Origin: an uncultured Syntrophus sp.
Lineage (GTDB): Bacteria > Desulfobacterota > Syntrophia > Syntrophales > UBA5619
NCBI GenBank assembly: GCA_964540555.1
Contig: CAZINF010000002.1
Coordinates: forward strand, 1-60,811
DNA: 60,811 bases
Direction: 5' to 3'
The position numbers and the translations under genes were made by a program. Of the stretch, positions 27,058 to 36,996 are shown piece by piece. The first letter of the stretch is position 1; each line of letters starts with the position of its first letter. The notes under the pieces are model-generated. The model saw nothing but the letters and a program-made list of their open reading frames with translations, did not search any database and was not told the DNA's origin.

Positions 27058-28289
27058 CGGCAATGATGAAAGAGTATTTTACCGATCTGGAAGCGGGCGT
27101 TGTAAAGGCGATCAGCGACGGAAATTCGAGCCATAGAAAGCTCTATACCCTTGAACTCGCCCGCCTCGGGAAGCGGCTCTATTCGGGGACCGATTCCATC
27201 GCGTGGTGCGGCATCACGGCCCCCTTCGACCTGCTCAATGCCATGGGCGTGACCTCCTGCTTCGTTGAATTCATCGGGGCCATGCTCGCTTCAACCGGCG
27301 TAGTCGGCTCCTTTATCGAAGAGACCGACCATGCGGGATACTCCTCCGATGCGTGCAGTTATCACCTTTCCGTGAGCGGCGCGGCCATCAAAGGGATCAT
27401 GCCGGCGCCGGAATTTCTGATCGGCACGACAAATCCTTGCAGCGGCGGACTTGCCGTCCTGGAAAACCTCGCCCGCCACTTCGGCAGGGAACTCTTCGTA
27501 CTGCACATACCGCAGGATGATTCGGGCGGCAATGTTCGATTCCTCGCCGACCAGATGGGGGAGATGGTGGCCTTTGTATCGCGTATCACGGGCAGGAAAC
27601 TGGACAGCGCGGCGCTCCGGAAAAGCGTGGAAAACTCGAACCGGGCCAGCGCCGTCATGAAGGAGATCTTCGAGCTCGCCCGCCATGTGCCCTCGCCTGT
27701 TGCGAGCAGGGACTTGAGCAATTTTGGCATTGTTATGCCCCTTCTTTTTGGCGGTGAACAGGCTGTGACCATCGCGGGGGCATACCGGGACGAGTTCAGG
27801 AACAGGATCGATGCCGGGAATGACGGCAAATCCGGAGGGAAATTCCGACTGCTCTGGATACAGAACAGGATCCAGTTCAGGCATGGGCTGGAAAAGATAC
27901 TGGAAGAGGAATACGGCGCCTCCATCATCAGCGATGAACTCAACGATATCACCTGGGACCCGATCGATCCTGAAAATCCATTTGAGGGATTTGCCCGGAG
28001 ATCGATCTCCATCCCCTTTAACGGAACCATCGAAAAGCGGATCGGGCATCTTAAAAAACTTGCCCGGGAATACCGGATTGACGGGGCAATCAATCCTTGC
28101 AACTGGGGATGCCGCCAGGGCACGGGCGCGAGGGGGCTCATGGAAAACGGACTCAGAGAGATCGGCGTTCCGGTCCTGAACCTTGAGGTGGACTGCGTCG
28201 ATTCGCGCAAGTTCACGGAGGGACAGCTCCGTACACGGCTGGAGGCGTTCATGGAGATGCTAACTGGAAGAGAACCTCTCTGGGGGTAA
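27054..28289 (+). CDS. 2-hydroxyacyl-CoA dehydratase family protein (second subunit, HgdA/BcrB-like)
   Basis: 411 aa. A GTG start overlaps the upstream stop (GTGA). Conserved Cys positions (SDACSYH, NPCSGG, NPCNWGCRQG). Confidence 0.8.
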   Translation: MTAMMKEYFTDLEAGVVKAISDGNSSHRKLYTLELARLGKRLYSGTDSIAWCGITAPFDLLNAMGVTSCFVEFIGAMLASTGVVGSFIEETDHAGYSSDACSYHLSVSGAAIKGIMPAPEFLIGTTNPCSGGLAVLENLARHFGRELFVLHIPQDDSGGNVRFLADQMGEMVAFVSRITGRKLDSAALRKSVENSNRASAVMKEIFELARHVPSPVASRDLSNFGIVMPLLFGGEQAVTIAGAYRDEFRNRIDAGNDGKSGGKFRLLWIQNRIQFRHGLEKILEEEYGASIISDELNDITWDPIDPENPFEGFARRSISIPFNGTIEKRIGHLKKLAREYRIDGAINPCNWGCRQGTGARGLMENGLREIGVPVLNLEVDCVDSRKFTEGQLRTRLEAFMEMLTGREPLWG

Positions 28290-28300
28290 AATTGATCCGA

Positions 28301-28975
28301 TCAGGGGATAAGGATAACGGCCCGCATGCATGTAGCCGGATCCCTGGACGTTTCGATGGCCTTTCCCCATTCCGGTAGGGAAAACCGGTGAGAGATAAGG
28401 TGCTCGACGCTGATCACCCCTTCGGCAAGCAGTTCCTGGGCAATGACGCAGGAATTGACCGAAGAAAAGCTTCCGATAACCTGAAGATCCTTCCGACAGA
28501 TGTCGAACGGGTTCATTCGGGCGTTCTGGTCGGGCGGGACAATACCGTAGATGACGATTTTCCCTCCCGGGGCGGCGTATTGAAATGCCCGCTCCACAAT
28601 CGACGCGGCCCCCGTCGTCTCGAATATCGCATCAAAGCCCCGCGGCGCAATCCGGCGGAGGTTCTTTTCCTGGGAGTCGTCGGCCACAACCGTTTCATCG
28701 ATCCCCATCCGCAGCGCCACGTCGAGACGGCTTTTCGTTCTTCCGGTGACCACCACGGTTGCGGCCCCCGATTTCGTCGCAAGTTCCGCCAGGATCAAGC
28801 CGTTCACCCGGTTTCACATGGGTCATCTTCGCCCCCACCTCGCCGACCACACCGGAAAATTCATGACCCGGAATCAGGGGATAAACGGCTCCTTTAAATT
28901 CACCTTTGAGCGGATGAGGAATTTCAAGCTGTATCTTGAGCCAGGATTTCCTGTTGAGCCCGAATTTTCTTGACT
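28301..28975 (-). pseudogene. degraded zinc-type (MDR) alcohol dehydrogenase
   Basis: The C-terminal half (NGLILAELAT...VVVTGR...) is intact. Upstream, in another frame, is ...YPLIPGHEFSGVVGEVGAKMTHVKPGER. About 100 aa between these blocks and the N-terminal start are missing. Confidence 0.7.
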
Positions 28976-29027
28976 CACAATCACCCTCCGACTATATCTA
29001 TACGTCAAGAATGATGGCGCTTGTCAA

Positions 29028-29310
29028 GTGGAGAACCTGAACATGGCTGCCCCCGCAAAAACCCCGCCAAAAGTCGGCCTGATGGTTCCGATCAACAACA
29101 CCACAATGGAACGCGAGCTGCTCGCGTGGCTGCCCGCGGGCTCGCTGTGCACCACGCTGCGTATCCCGCGCGGCAAGGGCCTGCTTACGCCGGAAGCGAT
29201 GCCCGCCTACAAGGCGCAGACAATTTCCCTGGTCGCAGCGTTTGCAGACCTCGATATCGATGTCGTGGCCTATGGATGCACGGCCGCCGGATTCATCGCC
29301 GGGCCTGCCC
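29028..29310 (+). pseudogene. N-terminal fragment of a maleate isomerase / Asp-Glu racemase-family gene
   Basis: KVGLMVPINNTTMERE...DVVAYGCTAAGFIAGP, after which homology stops and the ORF runs into Arg-rich out-of-frame sequence. Confidence 0.55.
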
Positions 29311-29415
29311 GACGAAGGCGACCTGGCCGATGCGCTCGGCGAGTGGCTGCCCGATGCGCAGACGCGCCTAAAAGTGCTGGTCGATAACCCCGGCCGGCTT
29401 TACGACTTCGAATGA
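29311..29415 (+). pseudogene. C-terminal remnant of an amidohydrolase-type gene
   Basis: The frame reads DEGDLADALGEWLPDAQTRLKVLVDNPGRLYDFE followed by a stop, a typical amidohydrolase C-terminal ending. Its stop overlaps the HD-gene ATG (ATGA). Confidence 0.4.
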
Positions 29416-30020
29416 AACGGAGGGCTAAGAGAATGCCCGCGAAAAGCACCCGCGAAAAAATCAACGTTCTTTCCATTTTCCCGGAAATAAAGCAGATTCA
29501 ATCACCTGCCTTGCGCCAAGGGGTGCTGAAGGTCTGGAACCTGGCCATCTCGGAGAGCGGAGAAAGAAATCTTGATTCCGTTCCCTTCAATCCTGAAGTC
29601 AGCGGGGTCTCCCTCGTCGAGCATATCCAGTTTGTGCTGAAGACGGCTCTTTTCATCGCCGATCAATTGGAGAAGGCCCATGGGTACAAGATCGACCGAG
29701 ACCTCCTGATCGCCGCCGCCCTTCTCCATGATTTGGGTAAAATCTTCGAATACCGCCGGAAGAGCGGAAAATTCAGGAAAACAGACATCGGTAAATTTTT
29801 CCCCCATGGATTCTGGGGAACCTTTCTCACCTTACGGGAGGGGCTGCCCCTGGAATTGGCTCACTTGGTCTCCAGTCATGCTCACATCTCTCCCGTCGCC
29901 CCTCAGCTCCTGGAAGGGATCATCCTCCACTATGCCGATTTCGCCCATGCCGACGCCCTGCGGTTCAGCCAGGGGCTGGAGACCTTTCTGGAAAAAGTAA
30001 AAGTTAAGGGTAATAGGTAA
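29412..30020 (+). CDS. HD-domain phosphohydrolase
   Basis: The LLHDLGK HD motif and later His residues (HGFWG, SSHAH). 202 aa. Confidence 0.75.
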   Translation: MKRRAKRMPAKSTREKINVLSIFPEIKQIQSPALRQGVLKVWNLAISESGERNLDSVPFNPEVSGVSLVEHIQFVLKTALFIADQLEKAHGYKIDRDLLIAAALLHDLGKIFEYRRKSGKFRKTDIGKFFPHGFWGTFLTLREGLPLELAHLVSSHAHISPVAPQLLEGIILHYADFAHADALRFSQGLETFLEKVKVKGNR

Positions 30021-30079
30021 AAAGTCACAGGTCATGGGTTACAGGGGCTAACTTAGACAGGATCGGGGTATGGTTAGAA

Positions 30080-30523
30080 ATGGTTAGGGCGGATCGCATC
30101 TTAGGGATGATTCTTCTGTTTCTGGCTCTGGTCTGCTTTATTGAAGGGATTCGAGTCTGGGACGGTGCGGGGGGAACCGGATTCATGCCGGCGCTCTTAG
30201 GAGCGATCTTCGCCCTGCTTGGTCCCGGGCTTTTGATTCCCCGGCCTCCGAGTCACGCATCCGATTCCATCTCCTGGCCCCTGAAAGCGGGTTGGCAGCG
30301 ACTCGGCCTGATTTGCCTCTGTATGGCGTTATACACCCTTCTGCTACCCTGGGTCGGGTTCCTCCCGGGGACTGCCCTTTTTCTAACCGTCCTGGTCCGG
30401 GTCATGGGCAGGGTTCGCTTAGGATATGGTTTGATCTTCGGGTGTGTGGTTTCCCTCATCTCTTATGTGGTCTTTAAAGTCTGGCTCAACATGCCATTAT
30501 CTTCCGGTTTTTTGGGGGTTTGA
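30080..30523 (+). CDS. tctB: tripartite tricarboxylate transporter small membrane subunit
   Basis: 147-aa four-TM protein immediately upstream of tctA. Confidence 0.8.
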   Translation: MVRADRILGMILLFLALVCFIEGIRVWDGAGGTGFMPALLGAIFALLGPGLLIPRPPSHASDSISWPLKAGWQRLGLICLCMALYTLLLPWVGFLPGTALFLTVLVRVMGRVRLGYGLIFGCVVSLISYVVFKVWLNMPLSSGFLGV

Positions 30524-30547
30524 AAACAAACACTTCGGGATTATTTC

Positions 30548-32065
30548 ATGTTCAGTTTCGACCAGCTCATGAACGGATTCGCCCAGGCTCTAACTCCGAT
30601 GAACCTCCTCTTTGCCCTGATTGGGTCGATCCTGGGAACCCTGGTGGGTGTCCTCCCCGGCATCGGCCCCACCTCGGGAATTGCCATTCTCTTGCCCCTT
30701 ACTTCTTTCCTTCCCCCAACCCCTGCCATTATCATGTTGGCCGCGATTTATTACGGAGCGATGTACGGAGGGTCCACCACGGCAATCCTGGTGAATATAC
30801 CCGGGGAGGTCTCTTCCGTGGTCACTACTCTGGATGGATACCAGATGGCCCGGCAGGGCAGAGCGGGTCCGGCGCTGGCCATCGCGGCCATTTCCTCTTT
30901 CGTGGCCGGGACCTTGGGAATTATTGGCTTAACCTTTTTTGCCCCTCACCTGGCCGATGTCGCTCTGAAAATCGGCCCGCCCGAGTACTTCGGCCTGGTC
31001 ATCCTGGCGCTGAGCGTGGTGGTCAGCCTGTCGGGACAATCCCTTCTGAAAGGATTTGCCTCCGCCGCGTTCGGGGCCCTCGTGACCTTGGTCGGCATCG
31101 ACATGACCTCCGGACAGAAGCGCTTCACCCTGGGGAACACGGAGCTTGTCGGAGGAATCGACTTTATCGCTGTGATCATCGGCCTCTATGCCGTGGCGGA
31201 AGTCCTCCGCAACATCGAAGCAGCCACCCCTTCGATCTACAATGCTCCCTTGAAAGGCCTCATGCCAAAGCTCAAAGAGCTCCGGGAGTGCACCGGGGCC
31301 ATACTCCGCGCCACGGGAGTTGGATTTTTCCTGGGAATTCTCCCCGGATGCACCCCTGGAGCCATATCCTTCATCTCCTATGACCTGGAGAAACGGGTTT
31401 CCAAGAATAAAGACCAATTCGGAAAAGGGGCCATCCAGGGCGTAGCCGCCCCCGAAGGCGCCAACAACGCGACCACCAGCGGAGGATTCGTCCCGCTTCT
31501 GGCTCTGGGCATTCCTCCTACCCCTGCCCTGGCCGTTCTTCTGAGCGGGTTGATGATGTACGGATTGCAGCCCGGACCTCTCCTCTTCGAGAAGCAACCC
31601 CAGTTTGTTTGGACGATCATCGCCAGCATGTATATCGGCAATGTGATGCTGCTCATTCTCAATCTTCCCCTGGTCGGCCTCTGGGCCAGGATCGTGGCGG
31701 TTCCCTACTACATAATGGGCCCCCTGATCCTCCTCTTCAGTTTCATCGGGGCTTTTAGCGTGCGAAACAATTTCTTCGACGTCTGGACGGCACTTTTCTT
31801 CGGGGTCCTCGGTTACGTCATGGATAAAGTAAAAGTGCCGACTACCCCCCTGGTCCTCTCTCTGATCCTCATGCCCATGCTGGAAAGCTCATTGCGTCAA
31901 TCTCTGGGTATGGCCGCGGGGAGTGCGGTCTTGTTGTTCACCCGACCCCTGACGGTGATCTTCCTGATCGCCGGCGTTCTCATGACCCTTTTCTCCCTCT
32001 ACGCCCGATACCGCAGACCCAAGATGAAAGAATATCTGCTGGGGGATGGGGAGGAGATGAAATGA
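30548..32065 (+). CDS. tctA: tripartite tricarboxylate transporter large permease
   Basis: 505-aa polytopic ORF with the TctA-like signature GVLPGIGPTSGIAILLP...YGGSTTAILVNIPGE. Confidence 0.9.
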   Translation: MFSFDQLMNGFAQALTPMNLLFALIGSILGTLVGVLPGIGPTSGIAILLPLTSFLPPTPAIIMLAAIYYGAMYGGSTTAILVNIPGEVSSVVTTLDGYQMARQGRAGPALAIAAISSFVAGTLGIIGLTFFAPHLADVALKIGPPEYFGLVILALSVVVSLSGQSLLKGFASAAFGALVTLVGIDMTSGQKRFTLGNTELVGGIDFIAVIIGLYAVAEVLRNIEAATPSIYNAPLKGLMPKLKELRECTGAILRATGVGFFLGILPGCTPGAISFISYDLEKRVSKNKDQFGKGAIQGVAAPEGANNATTSGGFVPLLALGIPPTPALAVLLSGLMMYGLQPGPLLFEKQPQFVWTIIASMYIGNVMLLILNLPLVGLWARIVAVPYYIMGPLILLFSFIGAFSVRNNFFDVWTALFFGVLGYVMDKVKVPTTPLVLSLILMPMLESSLRQSLGMAAGSAVLLFTRPLTVIFLIAGVLMTLFSLYARYRRPKMKEYLLGDGEEMK

Positions 32066-32133
32066 AAGACCGTTATGTTCAGTTCCGTTGGATTCGATTC
32101 GGCGGCGAGATCCCTAAAACAAGGAGGTAAGAA

Positions 32134-33108
32134 ATGAAAAAAGCGCTATGGCTGTTTTGTCTTTTGTCCTTGACTCTGACCCTTTTCCCCCTCTCGGCTC
32201 AATCCGCTTATCCCACCAAGCCCATCGAAATGATTATCGGATTCGGGCCGGGGGGAGCGGCCGATGTGACCGCCCGACTGGTGGCGGGCTACGTATCCAA
32301 GAAATGGGGACAGCCCATCAACGTGATTAACATGCCCGGCGCTTCCGGGATCATCGGCACCCGGCACGTCCTCAGCGCCAAGCCGGACGGTTACATCCTG
32401 ATGATGGACAACCATGCGGTCAGCGCCATGCTGGCCGCCTCCCAGATGGACCTTCCCTTCAAGTGGGAAAATCGAACGACCATCGCCCGGGTGACCGTGG
32501 ACCCGGTCTTCTACGCGGTCAAGCAGGATTCCCCTTGGAAAGATCTGAAAGAAGTGGCCGAGCACATCCGAAAAAATCCTAAAGTCGTTCGCTGGGGGAT
32601 CGCCGGGGTCACGGCGGTGGGGGCTTTTGCCATGCCCCAGTTCCTGGAGATCAGCAACCTCCCCTTTGACAGCCTCAACAAGGTGGTCTTCAAAAGCGGG
32701 GCTGAGGTGATTACTGCTCTGGCGGGAGGGCACATCGACTTCGCCGCGCAGCAATACAGCGAATCTTCAGCCCTCATCCTGGGCAAAAAGATCCGGGGAT
32801 TGGCGGTGGTGAACCCGGAGCGCCTGCCCGGCACCCCCGATGTCCCCACGGCCAAGGAGGTCGGATATCCGGGATTGAACGTGTACGGCTGGCAGGGGGT
32901 CTCCGGCCCCGCCAACCTGCCCAAAGACGTGGTGGAAAAATGGGACCAGACCCTGCGGGAGGCCAGCAAGGACCCGGCTTTCCTTGAACAGGCGGCTAAG
33001 ATTTATAAAGTGATTGCCTACTTGGGCCCCAAAGAATTCTGGGAGTTCATGCAGGATGAGTATAAACGGTACCTGCCTCTGGCCATCAAAATGGAGATGC
33101 GGAAATGA
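32134..33108 (+). CDS. tctC: tripartite tricarboxylate transporter substrate-binding protein (Bug family)
   Basis: Signal peptide, then YPTKPIEMIIGFGPGGAADVTARL, which is typical of Bug/TctC. Confidence 0.9.
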   Translation: MKKALWLFCLLSLTLTLFPLSAQSAYPTKPIEMIIGFGPGGAADVTARLVAGYVSKKWGQPINVINMPGASGIIGTRHVLSAKPDGYILMMDNHAVSAMLAASQMDLPFKWENRTTIARVTVDPVFYAVKQDSPWKDLKEVAEHIRKNPKVVRWGIAGVTAVGAFAMPQFLEISNLPFDSLNKVVFKSGAEVITALAGGHIDFAAQQYSESSALILGKKIRGLAVVNPERLPGTPDVPTAKEVGYPGLNVYGWQGVSGPANLPKDVVEKWDQTLREASKDPAFLEQAAKIYKVIAYLGPKEFWEFMQDEYKRYLPLAIKMEMRK

Positions 33109-33115
33109 CTTCCGT

Positions 33116-33235
33116 ATTGGTGTGAGTCAAGCCGCCGTCGCAAAATTAGAAAAGCCCAACGCGAGACCACGTCGCGCTACCCTTTAAAAGATTGCTGAAG
33201 CGCTTGGGATATCCATTGAAAATCTTGACGTTTAA
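33116..33235 (+). pseudogene. fragment of an XRE-type HTH gene with an in-frame TAA
   Basis: IGVSQAAVAKLEKPNARPRRATL-TAA(33185-33187)-KIAEALGISIENLDV. The N-terminal helices and a start codon are lacking. Confidence 0.45.
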
Positions 33236-33366
33236 CAGTAGCTTCCTGTAAGCAGTAAAACGTCAACCTCGACGAAAATGCTGGACTTGAATCCGTTATC
33301 AATGATGTTATTTTAATAAATTGGTATCGTCAAACCGTTACATGAGGGGCTTGGGCCAACGGATAC

Positions 33367-33801
33367 ATGGTTGAGATATTGTGGCGCCTCCGGGAAACCA
33401 GACAGCAAAAGGAGAAAACAAACATCACCCTGTATATCGGGAGAAATCGGTCTACTCGACTCAATTCAATTAAAATCGGTATCAATATCGTAATCGCATC
33501 TTTCCTTTGCTTTCTCCCCGCAATCGCGGTGGCCGGTGAACTCTGCACCATGACCTTTCTGCCCCAGTGGCTCCCCTAGGCCCAGTTTGCCGGCTATTAC
33601 GTCGCCTACGAAAAGGGATTCTATAGTAAACACGGGATTGACCTGAAGATCCTCAAGGGCGGTCCGGACTTTCCCGCCGCCGAGATGCTTGGTAAAAATC
33701 GGACTAATTTCACCACCATGTTTCTCTCCGAAGCGATCCAGCAGCGTGATAAAAAGATCCGAAGACGTTGTCAGGGTCATCCGGGGCGAACTCCCCGATA
33801 A
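33367..33801 (+). pseudogene. NMT1/THI5-like ABC substrate-binding protein gene with an in-frame TAG and a 3' truncation
   Basis: Signal-like IVIASFLCFLPAIAVAG, then TFLPQWLP-TAG(33577-33579)-AQFAGYYVAYEKGFYSKHGIDLKILKGGPD. The conserved block normally reads WxPQAQFAGYY. Homology ends near 33755. Confidence 0.6.
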
Positions 33802-33841
33802 TCTGGTGAATCCGGAGGTCCTCCGCAGAAGGACCCCTTAG
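33757..33841 (+). pseudogene. C-terminal remnant of a D-2-hydroxyacid dehydrogenase
   Basis: The frame reads SEDVVRVIRGELPDNLVNPEVLRRRTP followed by a stop, a characteristic C-terminal ending of that family. No upstream body remains. Confidence 0.45.
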
Positions 33842-33855
33842 AAACGCCACCCGGG

Positions 33856-35604
33856 CTATTCCACCTTGTTTTCAAACGGAAGCCGGATCGATGGGGCTTC
33901 AAAAAGCTTCAGGAACAGCGCAAACGCCACCGCATTTCCCTTCGGATAATCGAAGCTTGCCAGCGTGGCGACAGGGCTTCTCAGCTTCCCGAGCATCTCT
34001 TTCCATCTTGAGGAGTCGGCATGAACGAGGATGTCGAGATTGCCGGAGAGCCTGGGTATCATTTCCGCGACGCCGCGGCGCACGTGGATCGTGAAGGCCT
34101 CGTCCGTATCGGTGAACTTAATGCCGACCCGCTTATCGATCTCGGCGCTTGCCTTCGGATCGAGGTTGACCGCCATCCGGTCGAAGAAAAACGGCAGCGG
34201 GAAGGCCAGAATCATTTGCGGGTTCGGTTTTATCTGGGTCGTGGCGACGAACCGATCGCGTATCTCCAGGGCCTCCGTTAAATAATAGTGGCGGGCATTG
34301 GCGTTGCTTTCCCTCTCCCCCAGCAGGGTCAGCGCCTTGATCCGGATGGCGCGCGCCTCGGTGTTTCCGGGATTCAGGCGAATGGCGTGGCCGGATAGCT
34401 CGAGGGCCGCCTGGGGGTTTCCTTTTTCGACATACCTCCTTGCATAGTCAAGAAGATTGGCCTCGCCCCCGGAAATATCGGCGATCATCCGCGCCTGCTC
34501 TTTCACCGGCAGCGGCTGCAGGTTCGCCGAATCGCCGCTGAACCAGCCCATGGTTCCGCTGTGCATGGAACGGGCCGACCAGGAGACCTTTCCGTAGAAC
34601 TCCTGCAGGTAGGGCGATTTGGCCAGATGAGCGGGCAATACGACGCTCTCCGCGAGCTCATCGGGCGTCATCCCCTGATTGATCCCCCGGAGCGACTGGT
34701 CATGGACGTACTGGATGGCGTCCCGGTAATCGGTTGCGATCCGGTGGATCGCCTCGGCCCCGGCGATCGGCTTGCCGTGGGACGGGATGAGATATTCGGG
34801 CTGCAAGGCGCGGATGATGTCGACCGACCGGTACCAGTTTTTCAGGCTGCGGAACCAGGTTCCCCGGATCGTATAGAGGTTCGGAAAGGATTTGTAGAGG
34901 TTGTCGCCGCACAGGAGTATTTTCCGGTCCGGGAGCCACACGTAGATCTGATCGTCAGTTTCTCCCGGGGCGTGGATCAGCTCGAAGGAAATGCCCGCCT
35001 CGTTCGCCTTCATGCGGTCGCGGAATGTCTTTGTGGGCCTGATGTAGCCGAGGGTCGAATCGGGGCCGAGGCCCATAAACGGCCCGATGCCGACATGGAT
35101 CATCGCTTTTTTGTCCAGGAAATTTCCGTACATCCGCATGCTCCTGGACCCGTTTATCGGAGCGGTTTCGCCAGCCGAGCGGGAGACGCTGTCGTCAAGG
35201 CTTTCATGGGCGTATATCTCCGGCGTCTCCTTTCCGGCAAAGGCCGAGGCGCCGAAGATATGGTCGGGGTGAAAATGGGTATAGATGATCGCTTTCAGGG
35301 GCAGAGGGGTCAGTTTCCGGAGATCGTTCCAGACCTCGTTCCCCTCCTCGATGGTCGTCATCGTATCGACGATGACGACGCCGTCCTTCCCGACCAGCAT
35401 GATGACATTGGCTATCCCGTAGCCGACGGCGGAGTAGATGCCATCGGCGACCTTGTAGATCTTTTTTTCAAATTCCCTCGAATGGTCCGCCAGCTTCCGG
35501 TTTTCGGCAATATCCGGCAGCCCCTTCTTCGTCTTTTGGCAGGAACCGAGGAGCAGCAAAAGGGCGGTGAAAAGGATGACGCCCAGGATAGCCCGCTTGC
35601 CCAT
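33856..35604 (-). CDS. alkyl/aryl-sulfatase (MBL-fold, SdsA1/Bds1-like) lipoprotein
   Basis: Lipobox LLLGSC, the THFHPDH metal motif, and a long C-terminal dimerisation/SCP2-like region. 582 aa. Confidence 0.85.
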   Translation of the reverse strand: MGKRAILGVILFTALLLLLGSCQKTKKGLPDIAENRKLADHSREFEKKIYKVADGIYSAVGYGIANVIMLVGKDGVVIVDTMTTIEEGNEVWNDLRKLTPLPLKAIIYTHFHPDHIFGASAFAGKETPEIYAHESLDDSVSRSAGETAPINGSRSMRMYGNFLDKKAMIHVGIGPFMGLGPDSTLGYIRPTKTFRDRMKANEAGISFELIHAPGETDDQIYVWLPDRKILLCGDNLYKSFPNLYTIRGTWFRSLKNWYRSVDIIRALQPEYLIPSHGKPIAGAEAIHRIATDYRDAIQYVHDQSLRGINQGMTPDELAESVVLPAHLAKSPYLQEFYGKVSWSARSMHSGTMGWFSGDSANLQPLPVKEQARMIADISGGEANLLDYARRYVEKGNPQAALELSGHAIRLNPGNTEARAIRIKALTLLGERESNANARHYYLTEALEIRDRFVATTQIKPNPQMILAFPLPFFFDRMAVNLDPKASAEIDKRVGIKFTDTDEAFTIHVRRGVAEMIPRLSGNLDILVHADSSRWKEMLGKLRSPVATLASFDYPKGNAVAFALFLKLFEAPSIRLPFENKVE

Positions 35605-35640
35605 GATGTCTCGCCTCCGCTTTCTTTATTACCGCCTCTT

Positions 35641-36996
35641 TCAGCGGGTGATCATTTTGTTTGGCAGCCAAAGGGTCAGCTCCGGCCAGATCGAGCAGAT
35701 GACAATCCCTAAAAGAAGGATCAACACAAAAGGGAAAGAACCGACAAGCACCTTGCTTAAAGGCACATCGGGGGCGATTCCCTGAACGACATAAAGATTC
35801 AGACCTACCGGCGGAGTGATCAATCCCACCTCCATATTGATCGTCATGATCACCCCGAACCAGATCGGGTCGAATCCGTACTTGACAAGGACAGGATACA
35901 GGATGGGCGCCAGGATCAGGATGATCGCCACGGGGGGCATGAAGCACCCCAGAACCAGCATGAAGATGTTGATCATGATCATCAGCGACCACTTGGAGAG
36001 ACCCGCGTCGACAATGGCGTTGACGATGGACTGGGTGATGTAGAGCTTGGTCATGACGGCCCCGAAGAGGAAAGATGCGGCGATGATCATCAGGATCATG
36101 GTGCTTTCCTTGACGGTCATATGCAGGACCTTTTCGTAGTCTTTGAGCCTGAGTTTGTAGATGGCCATGACAAGAAAGAGGGCCGCCACCGAACCGACGC
36201 CGGCCGCCTCGCTGGGGGTGGCCCAGCCGCCGTAGAGACTGCCCATGATGATGACAATCAAAAAGATGAACGGCATAACCCGGCTGATGGCCGAGATCTT
36301 TTCCTTCCAGGAATAGGCGATATCTTCAAAGAATTCATTACCTACACCCTCAGATAGGGACGGATTTGCGCCTTCCCTGACCCTCTTCCTCCTGGCCCAC
36401 TGGGAATAGATAACCACCCAGATGCACATCATGATGGTGATTATAATCCCGGGGATGACACCGGCCAGGAAAAGCTTGCCGATGGACGTCTGTGTGGCGA
36501 TGCCGTAGATGATCATGGTGACGCTGGGCGGAATGAGAATTCCCAGGGTCCCGCCGGCGACGATGCAACCGGTGGCCAGGGAATCGGGGTATCCCCGTTT
36601 GCGCATCTCCGGAATGCCCATCGTGCCGATGGCGGCGGCCGTTGCCGGGCTGGACCCGCAGAGGGCCGAAAAAATGGCGCAGGCAACGATATTGCTGACG
36701 GCGAGCCCCCCGGGAAGACGGTGGAGCCACCGGTGCAGACCCTCGTAAAGGTCGGCTCCCGTCTTGGTCGAGGCGATAATGGAGCCCATAAGGATGAACA
36801 AGGGGATGGCCAAGAGACCAAAGTCATTCAGCCCGTCATACATCGTGTGGGCGATGAGGTCGAATTGGTGGCTGTCCATGAACAGCAGGATAAAAAGCAC
36901 GGAGGGAACGCCCAGGGCAAAGGCAATGGGCATGCCGCTGAAGAGAAAGACCAGAGAAACCAAGCCGACGATGATTCCCAGAATGTTAGGATCCAT
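35641..36996 (-). CDS. dctM: TRAP transporter large permease
   Basis: 451-aa polytopic ORF with DctM-like blocks. Overlaps dctQ by 11 nt. Confidence 0.9.
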   Translation of the reverse strand: MDPNILGIIVGLVSLVFLFSGMPIAFALGVPSVLFILLFMDSHQFDLIAHTMYDGLNDFGLLAIPLFILMGSIIASTKTGADLYEGLHRWLHRLPGGLAVSNIVACAIFSALCGSSPATAAAIGTMGIPEMRKRGYPDSLATGCIVAGGTLGILIPPSVTMIIYGIATQTSIGKLFLAGVIPGIIITIMMCIWVVIYSQWARRKRVREGANPSLSEGVGNEFFEDIAYSWKEKISAISRVMPFIFLIVIIMGSLYGGWATPSEAAGVGSVAALFLVMAIYKLRLKDYEKVLHMTVKESTMILMIIAASFLFGAVMTKLYITQSIVNAIVDAGLSKWSLMIMINIFMLVLGCFMPPVAIILILAPILYPVLVKYGFDPIWFGVIMTINMEVGLITPPVGLNLYVVQGIAPDVPLSKVLVGSFPFVLILLLGIVICSIWPELTLWLPNKMITR

